DNA of 64,000 nt, taken from Escherichia phage vB_EcoM_WFL6982. Shown here in pieces: positions 55,581 through 63,847 of this stretch. The stretch's first letter is position 1; the number at the start of each line of letters is the position of its first letter. The position numbers and the translations under genes were made by a program. The stretch lies in sequence record MK373774.1; one strand, 5' to 3'. Under the pieces are notes generated by a model. The model was given only the letters and a program-made list of their open reading frames with translations. It was not told the DNA's origin and made no database searches.

Positions 55581-56050
55581 TTAGCCTTATATTCAAGAGT
55601 AGGACAGACTTTTTCTTTACGAGCTTTAAGGTATTCGCCTATTAATGATTTCTTACGTTCAATAGGCCCAAGTCCATTTTTAATTCGTTCTTGGTTTTGC
55701 GCAATGAGCTCAATTTCTTTATAATATTTTCTGTCGTTATATTTGTCTAACAACCAAGACGGACCAATTATCAATCCGGCAGAAATAAAAGCCATGACTG
55801 CTACCATTAAAATGCCTACACCAATTGAGGCCGGAACTAATGTCCATAGACTGCTAAAAACAAAGAATTTAGTTAAAATTTCATGGCCAACGATTGTGAC
55901 TGCTGCTAAAATCGCAAATCCAATAATTGAAACAGACAATACCGGAATTAACGTTTTCCAAAAATAAGCACACAACGTTTTCGGGCGATTCCATGTACTA
56001 TTGAACGCGGCATAAATTTTAAAGTGCCAAGAGTTTTCATTGATAATCAT
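55577..56050 (-). CDS. integral membrane protein, translationally coupled to NTase-fold gene
   Basis: 157 aa, three or four TM helices; ATGA stop/start overlap with downstream gene. Confidence 0.5.
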   Translation of the reverse strand: MIINENSWHFKIYAAFNSTWNRPKTLCAYFWKTLIPVLSVSIIGFAILAAVTIVGHEILTKFFVFSSLWTLVPASIGVGILMVAVMAFISAGLIIGPSWLLDKYNDRKYYKEIELIAQNQERIKNGLGPIERKKSLIGEYLKARKEKVCPTLEYKAK

Positions 56051-56059
56051 AATAATTCC

Positions 56060-56593
56060 TTATTTCAAAGTCGGGATAATAGAATCAAGATAAGCTTTAA
56101 GAGCAACTGCTTCATCTTTGTCTAATGTAACGATATGTTGACGAAGGTCATCAATTTGACGAATAACTACGACATCACCATCTTCATAAGAAGGATTAAC
56201 GCCTAGGACTGTTGTATAGTCAGGGCGGTCCTGATTTGTAATAAAAGCATTACGGCATTTAGCCCATTGAAGTTTGGCCTTTTTGGCTGTTTCAGATTCC
56301 ATTAATTCTTTCACCTTAGTGACGAATGTTTTCCAATTATTAATAGAAAAACATTCGTCTTCAGTTTCGATATTGGCCGCGTTGTAAAGACCCGGATAAA
56401 AACGAACTTGGAGGTCTTCACCAATGTTAATTACCTCTCGACGACGTCCAGACGGATTGAGTTTCAAAATCTTGTCCAGTTCCATAGGAAGAATAGTAGC
56501 AGCATCATCTTCTTGTGTCAGAACATACACATAACCACGTTTTTCGATACATAAATCACCGAACAACTCGGTTGTTTCAATTACAGTTTTCAT
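56060..56593 (-). CDS. hypothetical protein
   Basis: 177 aa from ATG 56593 (MKTVIETTEL..). Confidence 0.55.
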   Translation of the reverse strand: MKTVIETTELFGDLCIEKRGYVYVLTQEDDAATILPMELDKILKLNPSGRRREVINIGEDLQVRFYPGLYNAANIETEDECFSINNWKTFVTKVKELMESETAKKAKLQWAKCRNAFITNQDRPDYTTVLGVNPSYEDGDVVVIRQIDDLRQHIVTLDKDEAVALKAYLDSIIPTLK

Positions 56594-56594
56594 A

Positions 56595-56774
56595 TTATTC
56601 ACCAATTAAAGTTTCAACAAAATTCACCAAAGCATTCTGGCAAGCGTCAACCTGATTTTCATAAAAATCTCCGTTATCATTTACCGCATGATAAGCTACA
56701 TCATTCAAATCTGAATCAGCTTCACGTAAGTCACGGATAAGGTCCATCAATTTATTAGCTTGTTCACGGGTCAT
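56595..56774 (-). CDS. hypothetical small acidic protein
   Basis: 59-aa ORF hand-translated codon by codon; stop 2 nt before next ATG; weak SD. Confidence 0.35.
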   Translation of the reverse strand: MTREQANKLMDLIRDLREADSDLNDVAYHAVNDNGDFYENQVDACQNALVNFVETLIGE

Positions 56775-56938
56775 TTTACCATACTCGTTTCAATAAGATT
56801 CACTATGCCGTTTACCATGTTATAAGTAAACATCGGATAATTGTATTGTACCACAACATAAGCGATAAGCAAAAGTTTCATTTTGTTCTCCGTTTGTTTT
56901 GATAGGACTACTATAACATAGTCCTACCAAGATGTAAA

Positions 56939-57148
56939 CTACCGATTGTGTTTTAAATGTTGATAAAGTTCTTCAACTTGTTTTGGGTCCAAAACAATTA
57001 GGTCATTTTCTTGACGAAGATAAATCCATCCCTTATCCCCAGGACCATTTTTACAAAACATCACCGTCGTCATATCATCATCTTCAGCGCTTTCAGGTAA
57101 AAGTTCAAGTACACCGTCTTCAGATTTTCCAGTATAATCGTAAAGCAT
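56939..57148 (-). CDS. hypothetical small acidic protein
   Basis: about 69 aa from internal ATG with GAGGA SD. Confidence 0.4.
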   Translation of the reverse strand: MLYDYTGKSEDGVLELLPESAEDDDMTTVMFCKNGPGDKGWIYLRQENDLIVLDPKQVEELYQHLKHNR

Positions 57149-57155
57149 AATATCC

Positions 57156-57335
57156 TCACATAATCTCGTTAACATACATTTGCAATTCGGTGTGGGCTTC
57201 GGCCATCTTTTTCATAGCTCTGTTAATGTCGATGTCTCCATCTTCGCAACCATGAGCATTTTCCCAATCAGATACCGCATTAGCGTACTCTTCAATCAAA
57301 AACATTAACTTAGAAATTTTTTCTTTACGTGACAT
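57156..57335 (-). CDS. hypothetical small protein
   Basis: 59 aa from internal ATG with GAGGAGAA SD; promoter at 57363..57391 lies inside the longer ORF-track version. Confidence 0.4.
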   Translation of the reverse strand: MSRKEKISKLMFLIEEYANAVSDWENAHGCEDGDIDINRAMKKMAEAHTELQMYVNEIM

Positions 57336-57362
57336 AACGTTCTCCTCTAGTAAGTAAGGTTT

Positions 57363-57391
57363 ACTATAACACAACCTGAGGAGAAGTAAAC
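57363..57391 (-). promoter_or_regulatory. T4-type early promoter
   Basis: GTTTACTTCTCCTC ... TATAGT. Confidence 0.55.
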
Positions 57392-57406
57392 TGATAGATG
57401 CCAAAA

Positions 57407-57430
57407 AGCCCCAACCATAAGGAAGGGGCT
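57407..57430 (-). terminator. rho-independent-type terminator after rI
   Basis: AGCCCC-loop-GGGGCT hairpin followed on the transcribed strand by UUUUU. Confidence 0.5.
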
Positions 57431-57436
57431 AGTAAA

Positions 57437-57886
57437 TTAGATAGATGTAGGCTCTAATTTTATTTTCATGAACTCGGCAAATTGTCTGGCAGTTTTTATG
57501 CCTTGTTCATGACATTCAAATGCATCATCACAGGGGCTATTTTTGTAATGCTTTGCCATATACTTATAGAATTTTTCAGAATTCTCGACATTTTGAATTT
57601 CAAACAAAGTATATACGTTTTTAATCCCTGATTCCATAAAGTTATCAAAATATGGGTCGGTATATGCAGTACCAACGATAGGAGTTGTTGCTGCAAAAAA
57701 CCCCAGCATCGCCTTAACATCTGTGAGGTATTTTTCCAGCTTGCGCTTGCGTGTATAATCAGCTTTAGAACCAGTTTGACGGATATCCTCGTTTAAATGA
57801 GAAATAGAATGTCCTAATTCTCTTCGGATTTCATCCAATTGGGTTACAGTAAGATTACGAAGTTGTCTTTCGTTTAATTGCTGCAT
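57437..57886 (-). CDS. rI: lysis inhibition regulator RI (antiholin), with in-frame N-terminal extension or alternative start near 57709
   Basis: C-terminal 75 aa ([32 protein letters not shown]) matches T4 RI periplasmic domain as recalled; 59 aa hydrophilic extension upstream in same frame. Confidence 0.75.
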   Translation of the reverse strand: MQQLNERQLRNLTVTQLDEIRRELGHSISHLNEDIRQTGSKADYTRKRKLEKYLTDVKAMLGFFAATTPIVGTAYTDPYFDNFMESGIKNVYTLFEIQNVENSEKFYKYMAKHYKNSPCDDAFECHEQGIKTARQFAEFMKIKLEPTSI

Positions 57887-57913
57887 ATATACCTCTTGGT
57901 TAGATATTAGTAT

Positions 57914-58495
57914 TTATAACAACCCTGTCAAATCATTCCAATGCTTCCGGCATAATGACACGTATCTATCGGTATCACCAATTTCAATTTGACTGCCATC
58001 TGTAATTGGAAGTCCGTCTTCCGTGACTCTAGCTACCATTGTGGCCTTTTTACCACAATGACAGACGCCTTTAAGTTCAACAAGCTTATCGGCAATAGCC
58101 ATTAATGCTTGAGAACCTTCAAATAGATTACCTTTAAAATCTGTTCGTAGTCCATATGCCATTACCGGCACATTGTATACGTCAACAATACGACTAAGTT
58201 GATACACCTTTTCAGTAGTTAAGAACTGAGCTTCGTCAACAAATACGCAGTGAATATCCTTTTGTGCTGCAGCCCATTTATAAAATTCAAAGATATCCAT
58301 GTCTTTTGTAATTATATTGGCGTCCTGACGAATACCAATACGAGAGACTATTTCACCTTTTGAATCGCGAGTATCAATAGCCGGTTTAAGAACTAATACA
58401 CCCATGCCACGTTCTTTATAGTTATGTGCGGCAGTAAGTAATGAAGCAGACTTACCAGCGTTCATAGCGGCATATGTAAAAATTAAACTAGCCAT
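57914..58495 (-). CDS. tk: thymidine kinase
   Basis: 193 aa; P-loop YAAMNAGKS, C-terminal Zn site CxCG. Confidence 0.92.
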   Translation of the reverse strand: MASLIFTYAAMNAGKSASLLTAAHNYKERGMGVLVLKPAIDTRDSKGEIVSRIGIRQDANIITKDMDIFEFYKWAAAQKDIHCVFVDEAQFLTTEKVYQLSRIVDVYNVPVMAYGLRTDFKGNLFEGSQALMAIADKLVELKGVCHCGKKATMVARVTEDGLPITDGSQIEIGDTDRYVSLCRKHWNDLTGLL

Positions 58496-58504
58496 AAGAG
58501 TCCT

Positions 58505-58687
58505 TTATAGTGAATTCACGTAGTCAATGAGTTCTTGTTCTTTCCTGTCAAATGATTCCATCAATGCGTGATATTCTTCGTCCGTCAAAGGAGCATATTC
58601 ATCATACGCATTGGTGGCTGATTGTTCATCCAATAGGTCATGGATAAGTTCGAATAGTTTAGCTTTCTCTTCTTTAGTCAATTTCAT
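58505..58687 (-). CDS. hypothetical small acidic protein
   Basis: 60-aa ORF. Confidence 0.45.
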   Translation of the reverse strand: MKLTKEEKAKLFELIHDLLDEQSATNAYDEYAPLTDEEYHALMESFDRKEQELIDYVNSL

Positions 58688-59178
58688 TTAGGTTCCCAAT
58701 CAACAATCACAATTTCTAGTTTAGTGGAATATGTATCTAAAATCTCTTCGATGACGTCCCAGTTTCCACCGCCAATACCTGCACCAATTCTTGGCATATA
58801 AATTACAGGCTTTGTTATCTTATTCTTTCCGAATTCATTTAATTCTATTATACAATTCATTAAAGCAGAGTACTCAAAATTAGGTCCCGGCTCAAACTGT
58901 GTATAAAGATTAAAGCAATAAGCTTTATGGGTCTTAAAATATTTTTCATAAACCGAATAAGTCCCGAGTTTAGACTTGTCTCCGAATTCGGTTTGAAGTT
59001 TATCGGCTTCTAAAATTTTTGGATAAGCCTTTGCTAATTGGCCTGCTACACCGGCGCCCATTGTATGAAAACAATTACACCCATGAGCAATATTATTACC
59101 TTTAGAAAACAGGGCGACAATATCGCCCTTGATATAGTTTTTAATCACTTGCTGCAAGTCCTCTATTATAAGAGTCAA
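58684..59178 (-). CDS. macro-domain protein (ADP-ribose binding / processing)
   Basis: 164 aa; GDIV..N..MGAGVAGQL and IGAGIGGG blocks match macro-domain diphosphate-binding loops. Confidence 0.65.
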   Translation of the reverse strand: MTLIIEDLQQVIKNYIKGDIVALFSKGNNIAHGCNCFHTMGAGVAGQLAKAYPKILEADKLQTEFGDKSKLGTYSVYEKYFKTHKAYCFNLYTQFEPGPNFEYSALMNCIIELNEFGKNKITKPVIYMPRIGAGIGGGNWDVIEEILDTYSTKLEIVIVDWEPK

Positions 59179-59488
59179 CTAGACGGTCCACCATAGAATT
59201 GCATGCTGCCTTATCTTTAGGTTCCGCCACCGAGCATTCTAATATTTGCCATTTTTTATAGTATCTTTTAATTAAGGTAGACGCCTTGAACCTACTAGAC
59301 GCCCCGTCTTTTTCTCCGTCTTTATACGCGTATAACAATTTTTGTGAAAAATCTACTTTACACTCTTGACTTTTACCACAATAATCAGACGCCGTTCTGT
59401 TTGTATACTCCGTTACATCAGTATATGTAGTATTAGCAAGAGCGTTAAATGAAACCAAGCTAACTATTAAAGCCAACATTTTGGTCAT
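59141..59488 (-). CDS. secreted/periplasmic hypothetical protein
   Basis: 115 aa; signal peptide MTKMLALIVSLVSFNALA. Confidence 0.45.
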   Translation of the reverse strand: MTKMLALIVSLVSFNALANTTYTDVTEYTNRTASDYCGKSQECKVDFSQKLLYAYKDGEKDGASSRFKASTLIKRYYKKWQILECSVAEPKDKAACNSMVDRLVDSYNRGLAASD

Positions 59489-60027
59489 TCTTTTATTTCC
59501 AGTAGTTTATTTGATTTAAGGTAATTAGCCTTTTCTAGGACTTCAGAAGCATATTTACTTCCGGCACTTGTCTTCCATCCCGCATTATATGAGGATATAG
59601 CTTTTCTTATATCCCCGTTATGTATATTTAACCAATAAGAAAATTCGATATAAGCCCATCTGGCTGAATTAGACCGCTTAGATAGCATTTTCTTAATTTG
59701 GGCATCAGTCATATTATAACCAAGCTGGTTAATTCTTGCCCTCATTGTCGGTAGATAATTTTGGAACATTCCATACGCATGGTGACCTTTCTTATCTTTA
59801 AGATTAATACCGGCAGATGATTCCTGCCATAGTATTGCGGCCATTATGTATCCAAGTCCTTTCTTATGCATATTTTCATGCGTTTTAAATTTTCCATCCT
59901 TAGAAAACTGTTCCCCAAACTGATAAGCATAATTCAAGTTATCGAGTTGGACATTACTAAAAGTATGCTCGGAGCTATGTGCTGATAATGAAAGAGCAAA
60001 TAGACCAGCGAGTAGTGCTTTTCTCAT
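59485..60027 (-). CDS. lytic transglycosylase (SLT) domain protein with signal peptide
   Basis: 180 aa; signal peptide; QESS catalytic-Glu context and AYGMFQ, SxYNAG blocks. Confidence 0.6.
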   Translation of the reverse strand: MRKALLAGLFALSLSAHSSEHTFSNVQLDNLNYAYQFGEQFSKDGKFKTHENMHKKGLGYIMAAILWQESSAGINLKDKKGHHAYGMFQNYLPTMRARINQLGYNMTDAQIKKMLSKRSNSARWAYIEFSYWLNIHNGDIRKAISSYNAGWKTSAGSKYASEVLEKANYLKSNKLLEIKE

Positions 60028-60035
60028 GTTTACCT

Positions 60036-60494
60036 CTAGATTTTAATCACTGCTTTAGAAGCTTTTCCTGGTAGTCGTTTATTGTTAATAATAGCCATTC
60101 TGCATTGAAGAGTCTTCATTTTGAATGCCGGATTTTCGCGACAAACTGTAAGTCCTAACCAAAGATTTCCGTCAGTTATTTCTAAACGGCCCGGGCGATA
60201 TTCGACACCTTCGACAAAATCTTCATCAACATCTGGACGTGCCGGCATTGATAAAAATTCTGCAACTTCTTTAACATGATTTTTTACTTTATGAAATAAT
60301 TCAAAAACGTAATTCTCATCTATTTCTCTCTGGATGGCACGATCTAAGAGATGTTGAGAATACTTGATATGAAAGCCTGGTAGTCCAAGAGACTTTGCAG
60401 CATCTTTTATACCGGCATTTATTTTGCGGAACTCCGTTTCAAAGATTCGACGGAGTTTATTACGGCGGATAAAAACGTCTGAATTGATAGTCAT
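60036..60494 (-). CDS. regB: RegB site-specific endoribonuclease
   Basis: 152 aa; position after vs/tk and partial recall of the T4 RegB N-terminus (MTIN..VFIRRNKLRR). Confidence 0.6.
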   Translation of the reverse strand: MTINSDVFIRRNKLRRIFETEFRKINAGIKDAAKSLGLPGFHIKYSQHLLDRAIQREIDENYVFELFHKVKNHVKEVAEFLSMPARPDVDEDFVEGVEYRPGRLEITDGNLWLGLTVCRENPAFKMKTLQCRMAIINNKRLPGKASKAVIKI

Positions 60495-60522
60495 TTTGAT
60501 TTCTCCTCTAGTTGACAGGTCT

Positions 60523-60551
60523 ATAGTAACACAACTAGAGGAGAAGTAAAC
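60523..60551 (-). promoter_or_regulatory. T4-type early promoter upstream of regB
   Basis: GTTTACTTCTCCTC-...-TACTAT. Confidence 0.55.
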
Positions 60552-60850
60552 TACTCTTTGAAAGGAATTAACTTTTTAACTGCTTTAGATACTTCGTCAC
60601 GAACCTGGTGGAAGTTCTTGAGCTGTTCAAGGCGTTGTTCGTAATACGCAATCTCATCTTCTTCAAGACAATCGTCAGCGTCTTCTTTCAGATATGCCTT
60701 GTACTCATTAAAGAGGGCCCATAGGCGATTCTCAAAGTCATCAAGGCTTTGAATTTTCTTGTGCTTCGGAACAAGGCCAAAAGGATTGCTTTCAGTTATG
60801 CGTCTAGATGCTTCATAATGAGTTCCAAAGCCTGATAGGATTTGAGCCAT
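60551..60850 (-). CDS. hypothetical protein
   Basis: 99-aa ORF. Confidence 0.45.
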   Translation of the reverse strand: MAQILSGFGTHYEASRRITESNPFGLVPKHKKIQSLDDFENRLWALFNEYKAYLKEDADDCLEEDEIAYYEQRLEQLKNFHQVRDEVSKAVKKLIPFKE

Positions 60851-61116
60851 TAGTATTTTTCCTCAGGTCGAAATACTGCACGACAGGCCCACATGCTGGC
60901 TTCTTTTAGATGTTGCTTAGCATACTTAAGAGCCTGCACTGCATCCATATCTTCTTTGGTTTGTTGCTCTGTTTCGTTTTCTTTCAAGATATATGCTTCT
61001 TCAATCAGAGCATCAAACAACAATCCAAGACGGACTTCTGCATCTTTAATAGCGTTCACTTTACCGATTTTATCATCGGTATGCGGCTTGTAGCCTTTGA
61101 TGTCTTCAATCGACAT
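60850..61116 (-). CDS. hypothetical protein
   Basis: about 88 aa from internal ATG (MSIEDIKGY..). Confidence 0.4.
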   Translation of the reverse strand: MSIEDIKGYKPHTDDKIGKVNAIKDAEVRLGLLFDALIEEAYILKENETEQQTKEDMDAVQALKYAKQHLKEASMWACRAVFRPEEKY

Positions 61117-61330
61117 AAGGAATTTCCTCATCGGTGGCAAGGTCATATTCGACCAATTGGATAGGCTCATTAATACCATATCCACGTACAGTGATATCAG
61201 TTGCCGGATAGTTTCCAGTAATATCACCCATTCTAAATGCTTCAATGAATGATTGCTCGCCTGAGCAACTAAACCAGGCGGCAAAACATTTTAAAACATC
61301 TTCAGACCCTTCTATAATCAATTTAGCCAT
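61106..61330 (-). CDS. hypothetical acidic protein
   Basis: 74-aa ORF. Confidence 0.4.
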   Translation of the reverse strand: MAKLIIEGSEDVLKCFAAWFSCSGEQSFIEAFRMGDITGNYPATDITVRGYGINEPIQLVEYDLATDEEIPYVD

Positions 61331-61692
61331 TATAGACTCTCAGTAAAGGTACGAGCGATAACGTCACGCTGCTGTCCCGGAGTCAGAGAGTTAAAGCGAA
61401 CTGCATAACCGGATACACGGATGGTCAACTGCGGATATTTTTCTGGATGCTTAACTGCATCTTCCAGAGTTTCACGACGCAGAACATTAACGTTCAGGTG
61501 TTGACCACCTTCAATTTTAACTTTAGGTTGATGTTCAATTTCAATTTCACGGGCATTCAAACCGTAGAAAATTTCCGGGTCTACAATAGCGTCTTCTTTA
61601 AAAGTCTTAGAGACAATAATCCGGGCTTGAGTACCGTCTTCAAAATAAATAGTGCCTTTATGTGCACCTTCAAGAATTTGATATGCTTTCAT
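61330..61692 (-). CDS. autonomous glycyl radical cofactor (GrcA/YfiD-like)
   Basis: 120 aa; C-terminal about 60 aa nearly identical to E. coli GrcA as recalled, including glycyl radical motif RVSGYAV. Confidence 0.9.
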   Translation of the reverse strand: MKAYQILEGAHKGTIYFEDGTQARIIVSKTFKEDAIVDPEIFYGLNAREIEIEHQPKVKIEGGQHLNVNVLRRETLEDAVKHPEKYPQLTIRVSGYAVRFNSLTPGQQRDVIARTFTESL

Positions 61693-61698
61693 ATAACC

Positions 61699-62007
61699 TC
61701 AATTAGAAAATAAATTTATCCAAGATTTTTCTTTAATCAAAAATGGGTCGGAATTAAACGCCATTAAACTTTGAGTGATTAATCCCTTAAATGGCCCATC
61801 AATAAATTCCATTTTGAAATGCGGAATACTAGTCATCAACCGTGCATTAGGAGCAGTACAAAGAACCTGCTGCCCTGCGAACGGACCTTTAGTCAAACGG
61901 TATCGTTTAGGTTTAAAATGGTAAATCTCGTAATTTTTTACAAGGGCCCTTTTATTGCATACTGGGCTGTTATAACAATATTCAAAAACTTCAATAGTGG
62001 TCATCAT
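61699..62007 (-). CDS. hypothetical protein
   Basis: 102-aa ORF. Confidence 0.45.
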   Translation of the reverse strand: MMTTIEVFEYCYNSPVCNKRALVKNYEIYHFKPKRYRLTKGPFAGQQVLCTAPNARLMTSIPHFKMEFIDGPFKGLITQSLMAFNSDPFLIKEKSWINLFSN

Positions 62008-62543
62008 TGCATTCCAATCACAAAAAATTGAGGACGAGCATTACCGCCGATGCAATATTTGCTTTTGCAACAGTGTTGGACTGTTTTAATATGTACATTG
62101 TAAATCTTATCCATATCAGGAGCTTTAATAGGCTCGTCAATTATATACAGAATACGAGAAAGCGTTAATCCACGGAATTTAGAACCTTCATTGCCAATAA
62201 AACTACGAACAGAATCAGTAAATAAACGGAATCGAATATCGTCGCTAGAATAACGAGAAAATTCTTTTTCAATGTTGCCGGCAGAAATTTTAGCATAAGC
62301 CGAAGTATTAGAAAGAACAATAACTGTTCCACCATCATACAGCCAATTAACAGCAAAATTAGTTACTGCGGTCGATTTACCTGATTGTCTGCCACCGTCT
62401 AAACGAAGTGTACAGTACTGCTTGAGTACGTCTTCAAATGGTGGGACATAACCATTCTTACAAATTTCTTCTACTCTAGCATCAGAATGGTGTGTAAAAG
62501 CATTCATCAGGGATAGATAAGGACCAGTTAAAAATGTTCTCAT
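62004..62543 (-). CDS. P-loop NTPase-like hypothetical protein
   Basis: about 179 aa from ATG 62543; Walker A-like GGRQSGKST. Confidence 0.5.
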   Translation of the reverse strand: MRTFLTGPYLSLMNAFTHHSDARVEEICKNGYVPPFEDVLKQYCTLRLDGGRQSGKSTAVTNFAVNWLYDGGTVIVLSNTSAYAKISAGNIEKEFSRYSSDDIRFRLFTDSVRSFIGNEGSKFRGLTLSRILYIIDEPIKAPDMDKIYNVHIKTVQHCCKSKYCIGGNARPQFFVIGMQ

Positions 62544-62715
62544 ATTATTTCTCTTAAGGTTTGGACCATTCCGTGGCACATGTTAGGTCCTTCGACTCGC
62601 TATGTAAACCCATTACCGCATTGCGCTCGACCTTATTACAGGTTGGAAAAGGTACATCACTCAGAGGACTCGACGTTCATGAGGAGAGGTTGCGTTTCCC
62701 TTTATTAGGCAAGAA

Positions 62716-63045
62716 TTATACTCTAGGCTTTTGAGCTTGTTTGGTATTGGATTCCCATGCGGCTTTGGTAATTTTGTTAGCGGCATAACCAAAGGCATTA
62801 GATAGAACACCTTTAGAGTTGAATACATCCAATCCAATAAGTACACCGGCTGTGTTAAATTTAGGAGCAAAGTACGCATTAGTTTTAGAAAGAACTTTTT
62901 TCAATTCAGGGTCTTGAACCAAGCCATCAAAAACGCCTTTACTATTTACTTTGTATGTTACTTTGGGATTTTTACCTTCTTCGATAGCAGCTTTCTGTTC
63001 CGCAGATAATGTAACTTCAGTGATAAACTCCTGATATGTTTTCAT
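62716..63045 (-). CDS. internal head protein with capsid-targeting sequence
   Basis: 109 aa; N-terminal MKTYQEFITE matches T4 internal-protein capsid targeting sequence (prohead protease LxE site). Confidence 0.7.
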   Translation of the reverse strand: MKTYQEFITEVTLSAEQKAAIEEGKNPKVTYKVNSKGVFDGLVQDPELKKVLSKTNAYFAPKFNTAGVLIGLDVFNSKGVLSNAFGYAANKITKAAWESNTKQAQKPRV

Positions 63046-63108
63046 TTTTGTTTCCTTGTTTGTTTTGATAGAGTAATTATACCATATTAATACTTAAGCG
63101 TAAACAAT

Positions 63109-63363
63109 TTAAGCTTTACCGCCAGAAATAATTCCGAAGTTGTTAAAATCATATCCAATATCGTCAACATCTACTTTAGGACTTGCTACAACATAAGCAA
63201 TTTCACTACGTTTTGCATAGGTGTTGATTTCTTTACCATCGCCACCTAAGAAAGAATACCCATTACGTTTTAATGAGCCAAAGTCTTCCGCATCACCAAT
63301 GAAAGCTTTAACTTTAAATTTGGGGTCTTTGGCATCTGCTTCAATGATAAATTCTTGATACAT
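63109..63363 (-). CDS. internal head protein-like with capsid-targeting sequence
   Basis: 84 aa; N-terminal MYQEFIIEA resembles CTS. Confidence 0.6.
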   Translation of the reverse strand: MYQEFIIEADAKDPKFKVKAFIGDAEDFGSLKRNGYSFLGGDGKEINTYAKRSEIAYVVASPKVDVDDIGYDFNNFGIISGGKA

Positions 63364-63375
63364 TTTCGTTTTTCC

Positions 63376-63786
63376 TTAGTAAATTGATTTACCATAGTAT
63401 TTGTACCAAGTCGGACGTTGAGCAATTTTTTCATCTAAGCGTGCTTGACTTATCGCAATGGACGCTTCGGACGGGACGTAATTATTACGAAATTCGGCAG
63501 GGATGTCGGAAATATCCTGGACAGTCGTGTCCTTGATTTTGAAACCACGTTTCAAGCATTCAGCGATTAGCTCGTTTTGACGTAAACGTAAAAATTCGAG
63601 TTTGTCGTAAAAGAATGTTACGTGACCTGTGCCTAAGATAAATGTTGGAGAGATTTTAAAATCCTTTACACGTTTACCGTTTTGAACATGTTTACGGACT
63701 GCACCAAATACGCGTGGTAATTCACGATACTCAGCCATAAGATGTTGGTCGGCCAGTTCAGAAACAAGTGTTAAATTGATACGGGT
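63376..63786 (-). CDS. denV: endonuclease V (pyrimidine dimer DNA glycosylase)
   Basis: start moved to MTRINLT (ATG 63786); near-colinear with T4 DenV as recalled. Confidence 0.95.
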   Translation of the reverse strand, partial: TRINLTLVSELADQHLMAEYRELPRVFGAVRKHVQNGKRVKDFKISPTFILGTGHVTFFYDKLEFLRLRQNELIAECLKRGFKIKDTTVQDISDIPAEFRNNYVPSEASIAISQARLDEKIAQRPTWYKYYGKSIY

Positions 63787-63816
63787 CATAATTTCCTCCA
63801 AGTAGTTGATGAATGT

Positions 63817-63846
63817 ATAGTATCAAAACCCTTGGAGGAAGTAAAC
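63817..63846 (-). promoter_or_regulatory. T4-type early promoter upstream of denV
   Basis: GTTTACTTCCTCC ... TACTAT. Confidence 0.5.
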
Positions 63847-63847
63847 A

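Noticed and set aside
57496-57720. 74-aa ORF in alternative frame within rI
   Set aside because: Overlaps the recognisable RI coding frame; hydrophobic nonsense-like translation
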